Below, piece after piece: positions 6,894 to 15,386 of a DNA stretch of 24,000 bases (its first letter is position 1; every line of letters starts with the position of its first letter). The stretch comes from Bacillota bacterium. GTDB taxonomy: Bacteria > Bacillota > Clostridia > Christensenellales > Aristaeellaceae. Below the pieces are notes generated by a model. It was not told the origin of the DNA. It did not search any database and saw only the letters and a program-made list of their open reading frames with translations. The stretch covers positions 2,028 through 26,027 of the forward strand of contig JAEZHK010000063.1 in the NCBI GenBank assembly GCA_023416655.1, given 5' to 3'. The translations under genes and the position numbers were made by a program.

Positions 6894-9800
6894 GTTAATC
6901 TGCACAAGCGCGATCGATGGCGCGGTCGAGTGGGTTGTAAAAGCTGAAAACATGGTGGACCGCGCTATCAAGGAAAAGGGCGCGGACTGCCCGGTCGCCT
7001 TCCCGACGACGAACTATTATCTGCCGGTGATCTATTCGTTCACCGGCAAGAAGATGCAGACGCTGGCCGACCTCAAGGACATCCTGGAGGAGGCGCGGTC
7101 GCTGCTCCCGGCGCGCCCGTCCGAGCATGTCTGGCTGCCCTACTTGGGCAATACCCTAGACGCCGGCGTGGCGACGCTATTCGCCTGCGAGGCGATCGAG
7201 GCCTGTAAATACATCATTGGCCCGAACCCCGTCGACGGCATCTGGCTGGGCGCGGCGAGCGACGTGATCATGCGCGAGCGCGGAATCGAGTTCGTGGACG
7301 GCACAGCCCCGGGCTTCGCGGCGATTACAGGCGCGGCGCCCGACAATAAGACTGCGGTCAAAATTGCCAGGGAGCTGCAGCAAAAGAACCTCTATGTGTT
7401 CATGGGCGGCAGCACGGGTGGCAAGCAGTTTGCGGAACAGCTCGCCGAGGAGGGCGTGCAGCTCGGCTGGGAGACGCGCCTCGTTCCCTTTGGCAGCGAC
7501 GTATCCGCCCTGATCTACGCGCTGGGCTTTGCCAACCGCGCCGCGCTGTCCTTCGGCGGCGTCAAGCCGGGTGATTTCGCGGGCAACCTGCGCTACAACA
7601 AAAACCGCATCTTCGCCTTCGTGCTGGCGCTGGGTGAGGTCACCCCGGACAAATACGCGGCGGCGGCGGGCGCGATCAACTACGGCTTTCCCGTCATCGC
7701 GGACACGGATATCCCGCAGATTCTGCCCACGGGCATCTGCACCTACGAGCACGTCGTATCGAACGTGCCCTACGACCAGATGGTCGACCGCGCGCTCGAG
7801 GTGCGCGGCTGCAAGATCAAGGTCGTCGACATCCCCATCCCCGTGCCATATGGTCCGGCGTTTGAAGGTGAGCGCATCCGCAAGGAAAACACGCACGCCG
7901 AATTCGGAGGCAACAAGTCCTCCGCCTTCGAGTTTGTCACGAGCGTCGATAACGACAGCATCACGGACGGCCAGATTACGGTCATCGGCAAGGACATCGA
8001 CGAGATCGCTCCGGGCACGGTGATGCCCCTGGGCATCTGGGTCGAGGTCTCGGGCCGCAAGATGCAGCTGGACTTTGAGCCGATCCTCGAGCGTCAGATC
8101 CACCACATGGTCAACGGCGCGGAGGGCATCTGGCATATGGGCCAGCGGGACATCGTCTGGACGCGCGTCTCAAAGGACGGCTTCGCCAAGGGCCTTCGCC
8201 TGAAGGACTACGGCGAGATCATCCACGCAAAATTCCTGGCGGATTACCCGGCCATCGTCGACAAGGTGAAGGTTACCCTCATCACCGACAAGGAGGAGGT
8301 CGAGCGCCGCCTGGCGGTCGCGCGCAAGGTCTATGACGAGCGCAACCGCCGCCTCGAGGCGATGGTGGACGAATCCGTCGACACCTTCTATTCGTGCCTG
8401 CTCTGCCAGTCCTTCGCGCCCAACCACGTCTGCATCATCACGCCCGAGCGGCTCGGCCTCTGTGGCGCGTACAACTGGCTGGACGGCAAGGCCGCCTACG
8501 AGATCGACGAGACCGGCCCGAACCAGCCCGTGGTGAAGGGCGAATGCCTCGACCCCGACAAGGGCATCTGGAAGGGCATCAACGACTACGTGTACGTCAA
8601 CAGCCACAAGACGATCAAGGCCTTCAGCGCGTACTCCATCATGGACAGGCCCATGACCAGCTGCGGCTGCTTCGAGGCGATCGTCGCCTATGTGCCCGAG
8701 TGCAACGGCGTCATGGTGGTAAACCGCGAATTCATGGGCGACACCCCCGTTGGCATGACCTTCTCCACCCTCGCGGGCAACGTCGGCGGCGGTCAGCAAA
8801 CCCCCGGCTTCATCGGGTGCGGCAAGGTCTTCCTCTCCTCCCGCAAGTTCCTGTCCTCCGAGGGCGGCTTCAAGCGCCTCGTATGGATGCCCAAGGAATT
8901 GAAGGATCAGCTGAAGTACGATCTGGACAAGCGCTTTGACGAGCAGGGCGTGCCCGACTGGTACGAGTTGGTCGCGGACGAGACCATCGCGGTAAGCGCC
9001 GACGATGTCCGGGCATACATGGAGAAGGTGGGGCACCCCGCCCTGACGATGGACAATATGGCCGATCATGTGCAGGCCGAGGAAGCGCCCAAGGCCGCCG
9101 AGGTTAGGCTCGCACAGGAGAAGCCCGCGGAAGTGAAACCGGCGGAACGCGTCGCCGTAGAGAAAACCCCGGAACCTGCCCCCGTGGAACCTGTGTCGCT
9201 TCGGGCGGCGGACATTCAGGAGATTAAGGATCGCCTGACCGCGGAGATCCGCGAAGCGGTGGTCAAAGAGGTCGTGGGAAGCATCATCGACGTGCTCTCG
9301 CAGAAATTCCTCGGAACAGCCGCGCCCGCGCCGCGGGCACAGCCCGTACAGTCTGCTTTGATCGCGCCCGCGCCGGTCGCCCCCGCGCCCGCGCCGGTCG
9401 TGAAAAAGCCCTCCATACCCGCCGCGCAGCGGATCAACGCCATCAGCGCGTTCCCGGTGCGCAAGGAAGAATGCGTGTTCCCCAAGTGGACGGTGAAGCT
9501 CGGAAACCTCAAGAACGAGGGCGGCACCCGCGGCAAGACCTACACCGTCGGCGGCGCGAACTGCATGCCCTTCCACCTGTGGGAAGGCGAGATGCCCAAC
9601 CGCCCGCTCGTCGCCATGGAGGTATTCGATACCGTCGGCGAAAAGTACCCGGAGGTTTTGCGCGGCATCTACGGCGATTTACTGCATGATCCCGCGCGGA
9701 TGGCCAAGGCCTGCGTCGAAAAATACGGGGCCGACGTCATCAACGTGCGCCTGGACGGCACGCACCCCGAGCGCGGCAACCGAACGCCGCAGCAGGCGGT

Positions 9801-10422
9801 GGCGCTGGTCAAGGCGGTGCTGGCGGCAGTCGAAGTGCCCCTCATCGTGACCGGCCACAGCCACTTCGAGATGTCGAACGAGGTCATGAAGGCGATCGCG
9901 CAGGCGTGCGAGGGCGAAAACCTGCTCATCAACTGGGTGGAGCAGGACAATTACCGCACCATCGCGGGCGCGGCCATCGCGTATGGGCATACGCTGGTCG
10001 CCCAGTCGCCCATCGACGTCAACATCGGCAAGCAGCTCAACATCCTCCTCGGCAACATGGATGTGAAGCCCGAAAAGATCATCATGGATCCCATGACGGG
10101 CGCGATCGGCTACGGCATCGAGTACACATATTCCGTCATGGAGCGCATCGGCTCCACCGCCATGGGCGGCGACAAGATGCTTTGCGCGCCGATGATCGTG
10201 TCTCCGGGCTTCGAGTGCGCGAAGCTCAAGGAGTTCAAAGCGCCGGAGTCGAGCTTCCCCACCTGGGGCGATCTCGCGAAGCGTGCGGCGAACTGGGAGC
10301 TGGCCACCGCCGTCAGCCTTCTGCACGCGGGCGCGGATATCCTGATTATGTACCACCCGGAAGCGGCGATGGCGGCCAAGAAGACCATCTTCAAGCTGCT
10401 GGACGGCAAGGGCAATCAATAA
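6886..10422 (+). CDS. acsB: Acetyl-CoA synthase (AcsB, about residues 1-725) fused through a roughly 130-aa linker to the corrinoid Fe-S protein small subunit (AcsD, about residues 856-1178)
   Basis: The ATG at 6886 overlaps the acsA stop by 8 nt. The N-terminal 725 aa are collinear with Moorella AcsB as I recall it. This includes A-cluster motifs SCLLCQSFAPNHVCIITPERLGLCGA and MTSCGCFEAI, and the usual C-terminus GHPALTMD. The ORF then continues without a stop into a segment collinear with AcsD (GGTRGKTYTVGG, RPLVAMEVFD, KYGADVINVRLDG, GENLLINWVEQDNY, KQLNILLGNM, GYGIEYTYSVMERI, MYHPEA). Confidence 0.9.
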   Translation: MSKLICTSAIDGAVEWVVKAENMVDRAIKEKGADCPVAFPTTNYYLPVIYSFTGKKMQTLADLKDILEEARSLLPARPSEHVWLPYLGNTLDAGVATLFACEAIEACKYIIGPNPVDGIWLGAASDVIMRERGIEFVDGTAPGFAAITGAAPDNKTAVKIARELQQKNLYVFMGGSTGGKQFAEQLAEEGVQLGWETRLVPFGSDVSALIYALGFANRAALSFGGVKPGDFAGNLRYNKNRIFAFVLALGEVTPDKYAAAAGAINYGFPVIADTDIPQILPTGICTYEHVVSNVPYDQMVDRALEVRGCKIKVVDIPIPVPYGPAFEGERIRKENTHAEFGGNKSSAFEFVTSVDNDSITDGQITVIGKDIDEIAPGTVMPLGIWVEVSGRKMQLDFEPILERQIHHMVNGAEGIWHMGQRDIVWTRVSKDGFAKGLRLKDYGEIIHAKFLADYPAIVDKVKVTLITDKEEVERRLAVARKVYDERNRRLEAMVDESVDTFYSCLLCQSFAPNHVCIITPERLGLCGAYNWLDGKAAYEIDETGPNQPVVKGECLDPDKGIWKGINDYVYVNSHKTIKAFSAYSIMDRPMTSCGCFEAIVAYVPECNGVMVVNREFMGDTPVGMTFSTLAGNVGGGQQTPGFIGCGKVFLSSRKFLSSEGGFKRLVWMPKELKDQLKYDLDKRFDEQGVPDWYELVADETIAVSADDVRAYMEKVGHPALTMDNMADHVQAEEAPKAAEVRLAQEKPAEVKPAERVAVEKTPEPAPVEPVSLRAADIQEIKDRLTAEIREAVVKEVVGSIIDVLSQKFLGTAAPAPRAQPVQSALIAPAPVAPAPAPVVKKPSIPAAQRINAISAFPVRKEECVFPKWTVKLGNLKNEGGTRGKTYTVGGANCMPFHLWEGEMPNRPLVAMEVFDTVGEKYPEVLRGIYGDLLHDPARMAKACVEKYGADVINVRLDGTHPERGNRTPQQAVALVKAVLAAVEVPLIVTGHSHFEMSNEVMKAIAQACEGENLLINWVEQDNYRTIAGAAIAYGHTLVAQSPIDVNIGKQLNILLGNMDVKPEKIIMDPMTGAIGYGIEYTYSVMERIGSTAMGGDKMLCAPMIVSPGFECAKLKEFKAPESSFPTWGDLAKRAANWELATAVSLLHAGADILIMYHPEAAMAAKKTIFKLLDGKGNQ
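9364..9400 (+). repeat. In-frame direct repeat inside the AcsB-AcsD linker
   Basis: gcgcccgcgccggtcg occurs at 9364-9379 and again at 9385-9400 (21-nt period), encoding APAPVAP/APAPVVK. Confidence 0.8.
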
Positions 10423-10440
10423 GTTGGGAGGGAACGCAAC

Positions 10441-11772
10441 ATGGCTCTGAATGGCTTGCAGATACAAAAAGTATTGCCAAAGACCAACTGCAAGGAGTGC
10501 GGATCGAACACCTGCCTTGCCTTTGCGATGAAGCTCGCGGCGAAGAAAGCCAACCTCTCCGAGTGCCCCTACGCGTCCGAGGAGGCCAAGCAGCTGCTTG
10601 GCGCGGACAGCGAGCCGCCGGTCAAGGCCGTGACGCTGGGCTCCGAGATCAAGGCGAAGATCGGCGAGGAGACGGTCATGTACCGTCATGAAAAGACATT
10701 CGTCAACCAGACGCTGATCGCAATCAACATCGACGACACCGCCACCGACGCCGAAAAGACCCTCGGGCAGATCCGGGACTACAGGCTCGAGCGCGTCGGG
10801 GAGATCCTGACGGTCAACGCCGTCGCCATCACCCAAAAAAGCGACGACAGCGCGCGCTTCGCCGCCCTTGCGAAACTGGCGTGGGATACGACAAAGCGCC
10901 CGCTCCTCATCCGCGCGAAAAACGCCCAGGCGGCAAAGATGGCGGCCGAGGCCGTGAAGGGTTCGCACAGCCTGATCTGCTCGGTGACCAGCGAAAACGT
11001 GACCGAGATGCGCAGGATCGCCGAGGAAAACGGGCACTCTATGGCCGTCACCGCGCCTGACCTTAACGGCATCTGCGCGCTGACGGAAAAGCTGAAGGCG
11101 GACGGCTTCAACGATCTGATCGTCGAATTCAGCACGCATTCGCTTGCCGAGGCCTTCCAGACCAACACAATCGCTCGCCGCGCGGCGATCAAGGACAGTT
11201 ACAAGCCGCTGGGCTACGCGAGCCTCAAATTTGTTGGCACCGGCGACCCCATGGAGGATCTGGTCGAGGCGGTCACCGAGATCAACAAGTACGGCGGCAT
11301 CTGCGTGCTGCCCAGCTTCGACCCCGCCCAGCTGGTGGCGCTGATGACGCTCAGGCTCAACATCTTCACCGACCCGCAGAAGCCCATTCAGGTGGAGCCG
11401 AAGGTCTACGCCATCGGCGAGCCGGACCGCAATTCACCCGTGTTCTGCACCACCAACTTCTCGCTCACCTACTTCATCGTCTCGGGCGAGATCGAGAACA
11501 GCGGCATCAGCGCGTGGCTGGTCATCCCCGAATGTGAGGGCTACAGCGTGCTGACGGCGTGGGCGGCGGGCAAGTTTAGCGGTTCCGTCATCGCGAAGTT
11601 CGTCAAGTCCGTGGGCCTGGAGGAGATGGTCGACGCGCGCCGGATCGTCATCCCCGGATATGTGGCGCAGATCAGTGGCGATCTGGAGGAAAACCTGCCC
11701 GGTTGGAAGGTGCTGGTCGGCCCGCAGGAGGCCGCGGATCTTGACAGCTTCATAAAAACAGTTCTGAAATAA
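10441..11772 (+). CDS. acsC: Corrinoid iron-sulfur protein large subunit
   Basis: The N-terminal 4Fe-4S motif LPKTNCKECGSNTCLAFAMKLAAKKANLSECPY closely resembles Moorella AcsC. At 443 aa it is similar in length. It lies 18 nt downstream of acsB-acsD with GGGAGG upstream. Confidence 0.92.
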   Translation: MALNGLQIQKVLPKTNCKECGSNTCLAFAMKLAAKKANLSECPYASEEAKQLLGADSEPPVKAVTLGSEIKAKIGEETVMYRHEKTFVNQTLIAINIDDTATDAEKTLGQIRDYRLERVGEILTVNAVAITQKSDDSARFAALAKLAWDTTKRPLLIRAKNAQAAKMAAEAVKGSHSLICSVTSENVTEMRRIAEENGHSMAVTAPDLNGICALTEKLKADGFNDLIVEFSTHSLAEAFQTNTIARRAAIKDSYKPLGYASLKFVGTGDPMEDLVEAVTEINKYGGICVLPSFDPAQLVALMTLRLNIFTDPQKPIQVEPKVYAIGEPDRNSPVFCTTNFSLTYFIVSGEIENSGISAWLVIPECEGYSVLTAWAAGKFSGSVIAKFVKSVGLEEMVDARRIVIPGYVAQISGDLEENLPGWKVLVGPQEAADLDSFIKTVLK

Positions 11773-11777
11773 CCAGG

Positions 11778-11808
11778 GCGTTGAAAAACCACGGTGGTTT
11801 TTCAACGC
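11778..11808 (+). promoter_or_regulatory. 15-bp perfect inverted repeat directly after the acsC stop (attenuator or processing/stability hairpin)
   Basis: gcgttgaaaaaccac (11778-11792) pairs with gtggtttttcaacgc (11794-11808). No U-tract follows the stem; the T-run is inside it. Confidence 0.45.
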
Positions 11809-11826
11809 GAAGGAAGAAGAATCTGC

Positions 11827-12003
11827 GTGAGCCTGAAATCCTGCGGGATTTCCGGGCGGCTCACTGACTTGCGGAATTGTTTCCTCCACCAGTGTTCGCA
11901 CTGGTTCCGGAAACAGATACGTTCCCGGCGCGTTAGAGCCCGGGAACGATTAGGAAGGTACGGCGAGGTTAATCAACAGTTTGAGGCTGCCTACAGCAGC
12001 CTC
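11827..12003 (+). other. Cluster of four further stable hairpins in the acsC-RACo spacer
   Basis: First hairpin: gtgagcc/ggctcac with inner gaaatcc-tgcg-ggatttc (11827-11864). Second: gtttcc...ccagtg-ttcg-cactgg...ggaaac (11879-11914). Third: cgttcccgg/ccgggaacg (11920-11948). Fourth: gaggctgc-ctaca-gcagcctc (11983-12003). Confidence 0.6.
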
Positions 12004-12031
12004 TTCATGCTCAAGATGAGGTGGAATACGG

Positions 12032-13930
12032 GTGCCAACGATTACCTTTCAACCGGGCGCGAAAACCGTCCACGCGGCGGCGGGGGAACTGCTCCTCGAC
12101 GTGATCAAAAAGGCGGGGCTGACGGTTGAAGCCCCATGCGGCGGGCATGGCGTCTGCGGCAAATGCGTCGTAAAAATCGTCTCCGGATCGGTGGAGTTTT
12201 ATAACGATGGCCGCCTGACCGACGAGTTATTACGGCAGGGCTATGTGCTCGCGTGCAGGGCCAAGCTGACCGACCAAAACGCCCAGGTGCAGCTGCTCTC
12301 CGACGGGGACATGGAGGAGGGCAAGTTCACCGACATGGCGGACGACCGGCGGCTGATCGATCCTTTGCTGCTGCCTGGCCGCGCGGACCTAAGCCTACTC
12401 GTTCAAAAGGCGATCATTTTTGTACCCGCCCCCGCGCCCGCCGATGGCCTGTCCGATTATGACCGCCTGAAAAAGGCCGCCGTGGCGGCATTGGGCGGGC
12501 AGACCATCGAGCTGCCCCTTTCCCTGCTCCGGAATCTGCCCGAAGCGCTTCGACAGGAGGACGGCCGCGTCGCGCTGTCCTATTTCATGGAGAGCGACTG
12601 TATCCGCATCGTCGATATCGACGCGGCGGGCAATCTGTCCCGCAATTACGGCGTCTCGGTGGACATTGGCACGACGACCGTCGCGGTGCAGCTCGTCGAC
12701 ATGAACGACGCGCGGGTTTTGGCCGCAAAAACCGAGTACAACGGGCAGATCGCCTGCGGGCTGGACGTCATCAGCCGCATCAACTATGCAAAGAATTCCG
12801 AGCGGCTCGGCGAGCTGCGCGGTAAAGTGCTCGAGACCATCAATGGCATGATCGTTGAACTTTCCGCATTGCGGGGCATCGAGCCAAGGTTTATCTACAA
12901 CGCATCCATCGCGGGCAACACGACCATGGTGCATCTGCTGCTGGGCATCGTCCCCGAGTATATCCGCCTCGACCCGTATACGCCCGCCGTATACGACGTT
13001 CCGTATTACAGGGCGTCCGAAATCGGGCTGAACGTCAACCCCAACACCATCGCGTATCTCGCGCCGTCCGTGGGTAGCTATGTCGGCGGAGACATCACCT
13101 CCGGCCTTTTGTGCACAAGCCTCGCCACTTCAAGCGAAGCGGTATGCCTCTTTATCGACATCGGCACGAACGGGGAGCTGATCTTGGGCAATGCCGACTT
13201 CCTGATCGGCTGCGCCTGCTCCGCCGGCCCCGCCTTCGAGGGGGGCGGCATCGAGCACGGCATGCGGGCATCGAGGGGCGCCATCGAGCATGTGGAAGTA
13301 GATAGAATGACGGGAATCCCGCAGGTCTCGACCATCGGAAGCGTCCCGCCCCTCGGGCTCTGCGGCTCCGGCATTATCTCCCTGATCGCCGCCCTGTTCG
13401 CCGAGGGCTGGCTCGACGCGGCGGGCAAGCTGGACAGAGCGCGTTCATGCAGCCGCATACTGCCAAGCGGCAAGCAGGCAGTCTACTTGGTCGCTTCCGC
13501 CGAGGAGAGCGGCCATGGCAAGCCGATTACCCTGTCCGAAGCGGACATCAGCGGCTTCATCCGGGCGAAGGCCGCCATATTCTCCGCCTGCGCCGTCATG
13601 CTGGAAAAGGTGAGCATGACATTTGGCGACCTGGAACGCGTCTACATCGCGGGCGGGTTCGGTCGCTATCTGAACACGGAATACGCGAAGACCATCGGGC
13701 TTCTCCCCAATCTGCCGGAGGAAAAGTACCATTTTCTCGGAAATTCCTCGATGCAGGGCGCGTATATGACGCTCATCTCCCAAAAGCACAGGCAGCTTGA
13801 GGCGGAACTCGCCCAAAAGATCACCTATATCGACCTGTCCACTGAACCGGATTATATGAACCAATACACCGCGGCGCTCTTTCTTCCCCACACGGACGCG
13901 CGGCTGTTCCCAAGGGAAACGGATGCATAG
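12032..13930 (+). CDS. RACo-type reductive activator of the corrinoid Fe-S protein (N-terminal 2Fe-2S ferredoxin domain plus ASKHA-fold ATPase)
   Basis: GTG start at 12032 lies 8 nt after GAGGTGG. Ferredoxin Cys pattern is APCGGHGVCGKCVV...LACRA. ASKHA phosphate motifs are VSVDIGTTTVAV and FIDIGTNGELILG. Length is 632 aa, and the position next to acsC matches the RACo/orf7 genes of Carboxydothermus and Moorella. Confidence 0.85.
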   Translation: MPTITFQPGAKTVHAAAGELLLDVIKKAGLTVEAPCGGHGVCGKCVVKIVSGSVEFYNDGRLTDELLRQGYVLACRAKLTDQNAQVQLLSDGDMEEGKFTDMADDRRLIDPLLLPGRADLSLLVQKAIIFVPAPAPADGLSDYDRLKKAAVAALGGQTIELPLSLLRNLPEALRQEDGRVALSYFMESDCIRIVDIDAAGNLSRNYGVSVDIGTTTVAVQLVDMNDARVLAAKTEYNGQIACGLDVISRINYAKNSERLGELRGKVLETINGMIVELSALRGIEPRFIYNASIAGNTTMVHLLLGIVPEYIRLDPYTPAVYDVPYYRASEIGLNVNPNTIAYLAPSVGSYVGGDITSGLLCTSLATSSEAVCLFIDIGTNGELILGNADFLIGCACSAGPAFEGGGIEHGMRASRGAIEHVEVDRMTGIPQVSTIGSVPPLGLCGSGIISLIAALFAEGWLDAAGKLDRARSCSRILPSGKQAVYLVASAEESGHGKPITLSEADISGFIRAKAAIFSACAVMLEKVSMTFGDLERVYIAGGFGRYLNTEYAKTIGLLPNLPEEKYHFLGNSSMQGAYMTLISQKHRQLEAELAQKITYIDLSTEPDYMNQYTAALFLPHTDARLFPRETDA

Positions 13931-13946
13931 AACCATTCGACGTCAA

Positions 13947-13970
13947 GGCGCGTAGATCAATCTACGCGCC
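13947..13970 (+). terminator. Terminator hairpin between the convergent RACo and hydrolase genes
   Basis: ggcgcgtaga (13947-13956), loop tcaa, tctacgcgcc (13961-13970), then tctcttctatt on the + strand. It could also serve the minus-strand gene ending at 13996. Confidence 0.65.
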
Positions 13971-13995
13971 TCTCTTCTATTGGTGATCCGCCCCG

Positions 13996-14898
13996 CTACA
14001 GCAAATGCTTCTCAAGGAAGCGCAGCGCGTCCGTGCGCATCTCCTCCGTTTCCACATGTCCGACCGGATAGCGCTGAAGCGCCCAGTTCTCCACCACGCC
14101 CAGCGCCTCGTAGGCATCGCGTATCTCGCGCTCGTCCCGATCGACGCCGCGCGGCGGCGTGAGCGGGTCGAACCGCCCGACGATGGATAGATGCGCGCGC
14201 GGCGCGATCAGGGCGTTGAGCTGCGAGGTCGTGAACTTCCTGCGCAGACCAGGGATGTAGTAGTAGATGCCATGCTCGTCGAAGCGTCGCTCTGCGGCGA
14301 GCTCGTCGAAGTTGGTCAGGCAGCAGATGTCCACACAGGCTCGGATTCTCTCATCCAGCGCAGCGACCCACTGCGCCATACTGCTGCCCATCGACATGCC
14401 GACGGTGCCTATTTTACCGGCGTTGATATCCTCACGCGCGCACAGATAGTCCAGCGCGCGCAGGCTGTCGAACACCATCCACGCCCACATATAGTGTCCG
14501 TCCCAGATCATTTCCTTATAGGTGGCGGATTCGGTGCGGCCCCTGCGCTCCTCAAAGCACAACTGGTCGATGGACAGCGACGCGATTCCAAGCATCGCCA
14601 GATCATAGGCGTACCCCCGGGGCAGCATGTACTGGCAGCCGCCCAGCAATTCCGACTTGCCGATCTCAAACAGACCGCCGTGCGAATGGTTGAACAGCAC
14701 GGCTGGGCGCGGGGTCGTCCCCCGCTTCGGCCGGACGAAGATCGCCGGTACGGGCTCGTAGCCATTCAGGTCGAGCACGAGGTGCTCGATGAAAAACGCC
14801 TCCCGCTCTTCGACCCGCAGCCGCTTTTCACCCACCGGCCCCGAGGCCACCGGAAGTTCGCCCATCACTGCCCAGAGATCCTCTCTCGTCCTCTTCAT
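13996..14898 (-). CDS. Alpha/beta hydrolase (dienelactone hydrolase / acetyl-esterase-like), no signal peptide
   Basis: It has the nucleophile elbow GMSMGS and an HSHGG-type oxyanion region. I chose the ATG at 14898 (MKRTRED...), 8 nt after GAGGAGG. The track's start at 14949 would overlap the upstream small ORF. Confidence 0.75.
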   Translation of the reverse strand: MKRTREDLWAVMGELPVASGPVGEKRLRVEEREAFFIEHLVLDLNGYEPVPAIFVRPKRGTTPRPAVLFNHSHGGLFEIGKSELLGGCQYMLPRGYAYDLAMLGIASLSIDQLCFEERRGRTESATYKEMIWDGHYMWAWMVFDSLRALDYLCAREDINAGKIGTVGMSMGSSMAQWVAALDERIRACVDICCLTNFDELAAERRFDEHGIYYYIPGLRRKFTTSQLNALIAPRAHLSIVGRFDPLTPPRGVDRDEREIRDAYEALGVVENWALQRYPVGHVETEEMRTDALRFLEKHLL

Positions 14899-14911
14899 GA
14901 CCATTTCCTCC

Positions 14912-15124
14912 TCACTTGAAGCCATGGTGCTCAACGAAACACCAGCCAAGTTTCCAATCTTTCTTAGGCGGTGACGTACTGGTCATGTCCACCACCAGAT
15001 AATATGGCATCAGCCGGTTGATGGACGCTTTTTCTGACAGCGGCATCGCCTGTGCAGACGACGCGGCGAGCAAAAGGATCAGCAGCAGAGTCAGCAGAAA
15101 GCGGCGTAAGATGGCGAGCTTCAT
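14912..15124 (-). CDS. Small hypothetical secreted protein (70 aa) with Sec-type signal peptide
   Basis: ATG at 15124 lies about 7 nt after GGAGGG. The sequence MKLAILRRFLLTLLLILLLAASSAQA then MPLSE has an n-region, hydrophobic core and AxA site. Its stop is 13 nt before the hydrolase start. I recognise no homology. Confidence 0.45.
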   Translation of the reverse strand: MKLAILRRFLLTLLLILLLAASSAQAMPLSEKASINRLMPYYLVVDMTSTSPPKKDWKLGWCFVEHHGFK

Positions 15125-15316
15125 CCGCAACCCTCCTTCCATTGGGGAAAATTGGATATCTCCAGTATAACAGGGTGATGAAAGAACCTCAATCTGTTCG
15201 ACCAACTAATTACCAGTTCCAGGCACGATTTTTGCGACCTGAAAAAGTGCCTTCGTTTGATGGCTGGTGTGGAATTTAATCTCATAGATCGAGGATGGGC
15301 ATAGGCGCCGCCGCTC

Positions 15317-15345
15317 TTGACTGCCACGCCACAAAGCGGTACAAT
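15317..15345 (+). promoter_or_regulatory. Near-consensus sigma-70 promoter upstream of dus
   Basis: TTGACT (15317-15322), a 17-nt spacer, TACAAT (15340-15345), 41 nt before the ATG at 15387. Confidence 0.6.
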
Positions 15346-15386
15346 GCAGTCATGAAGCGAAAAGGATTGGGGAGCTTTATCAAACT

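Noticed and set aside
7177-11139. Three long antisense ORFs (7177-8136, 8170-9576, 9679-11139) opposite acsB-acsD and acsC
   Set aside because: Same reasoning: the sense strand encodes proteins with unmistakable ACS/CFeSP motifs. The antisense translations are low-complexity Arg/Gly/Asp/Ala-rich strings.
11778-11808. The 15-bp inverted repeat after acsC read as a canonical intrinsic terminator
   Set aside because: There is no U-tract after the stem; the T-run is part of the stem. I therefore list it only as a possible attenuator or stability hairpin.
11794-12129. A 111-aa ORF spanning the acsC-RACo spacer and the start of RACo
   Set aside because: It overlaps the ferredoxin domain of RACo out of frame. 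The translation is Arg/Gly-rich, it has no RBS, and the spacer is better explained as structured RNA.
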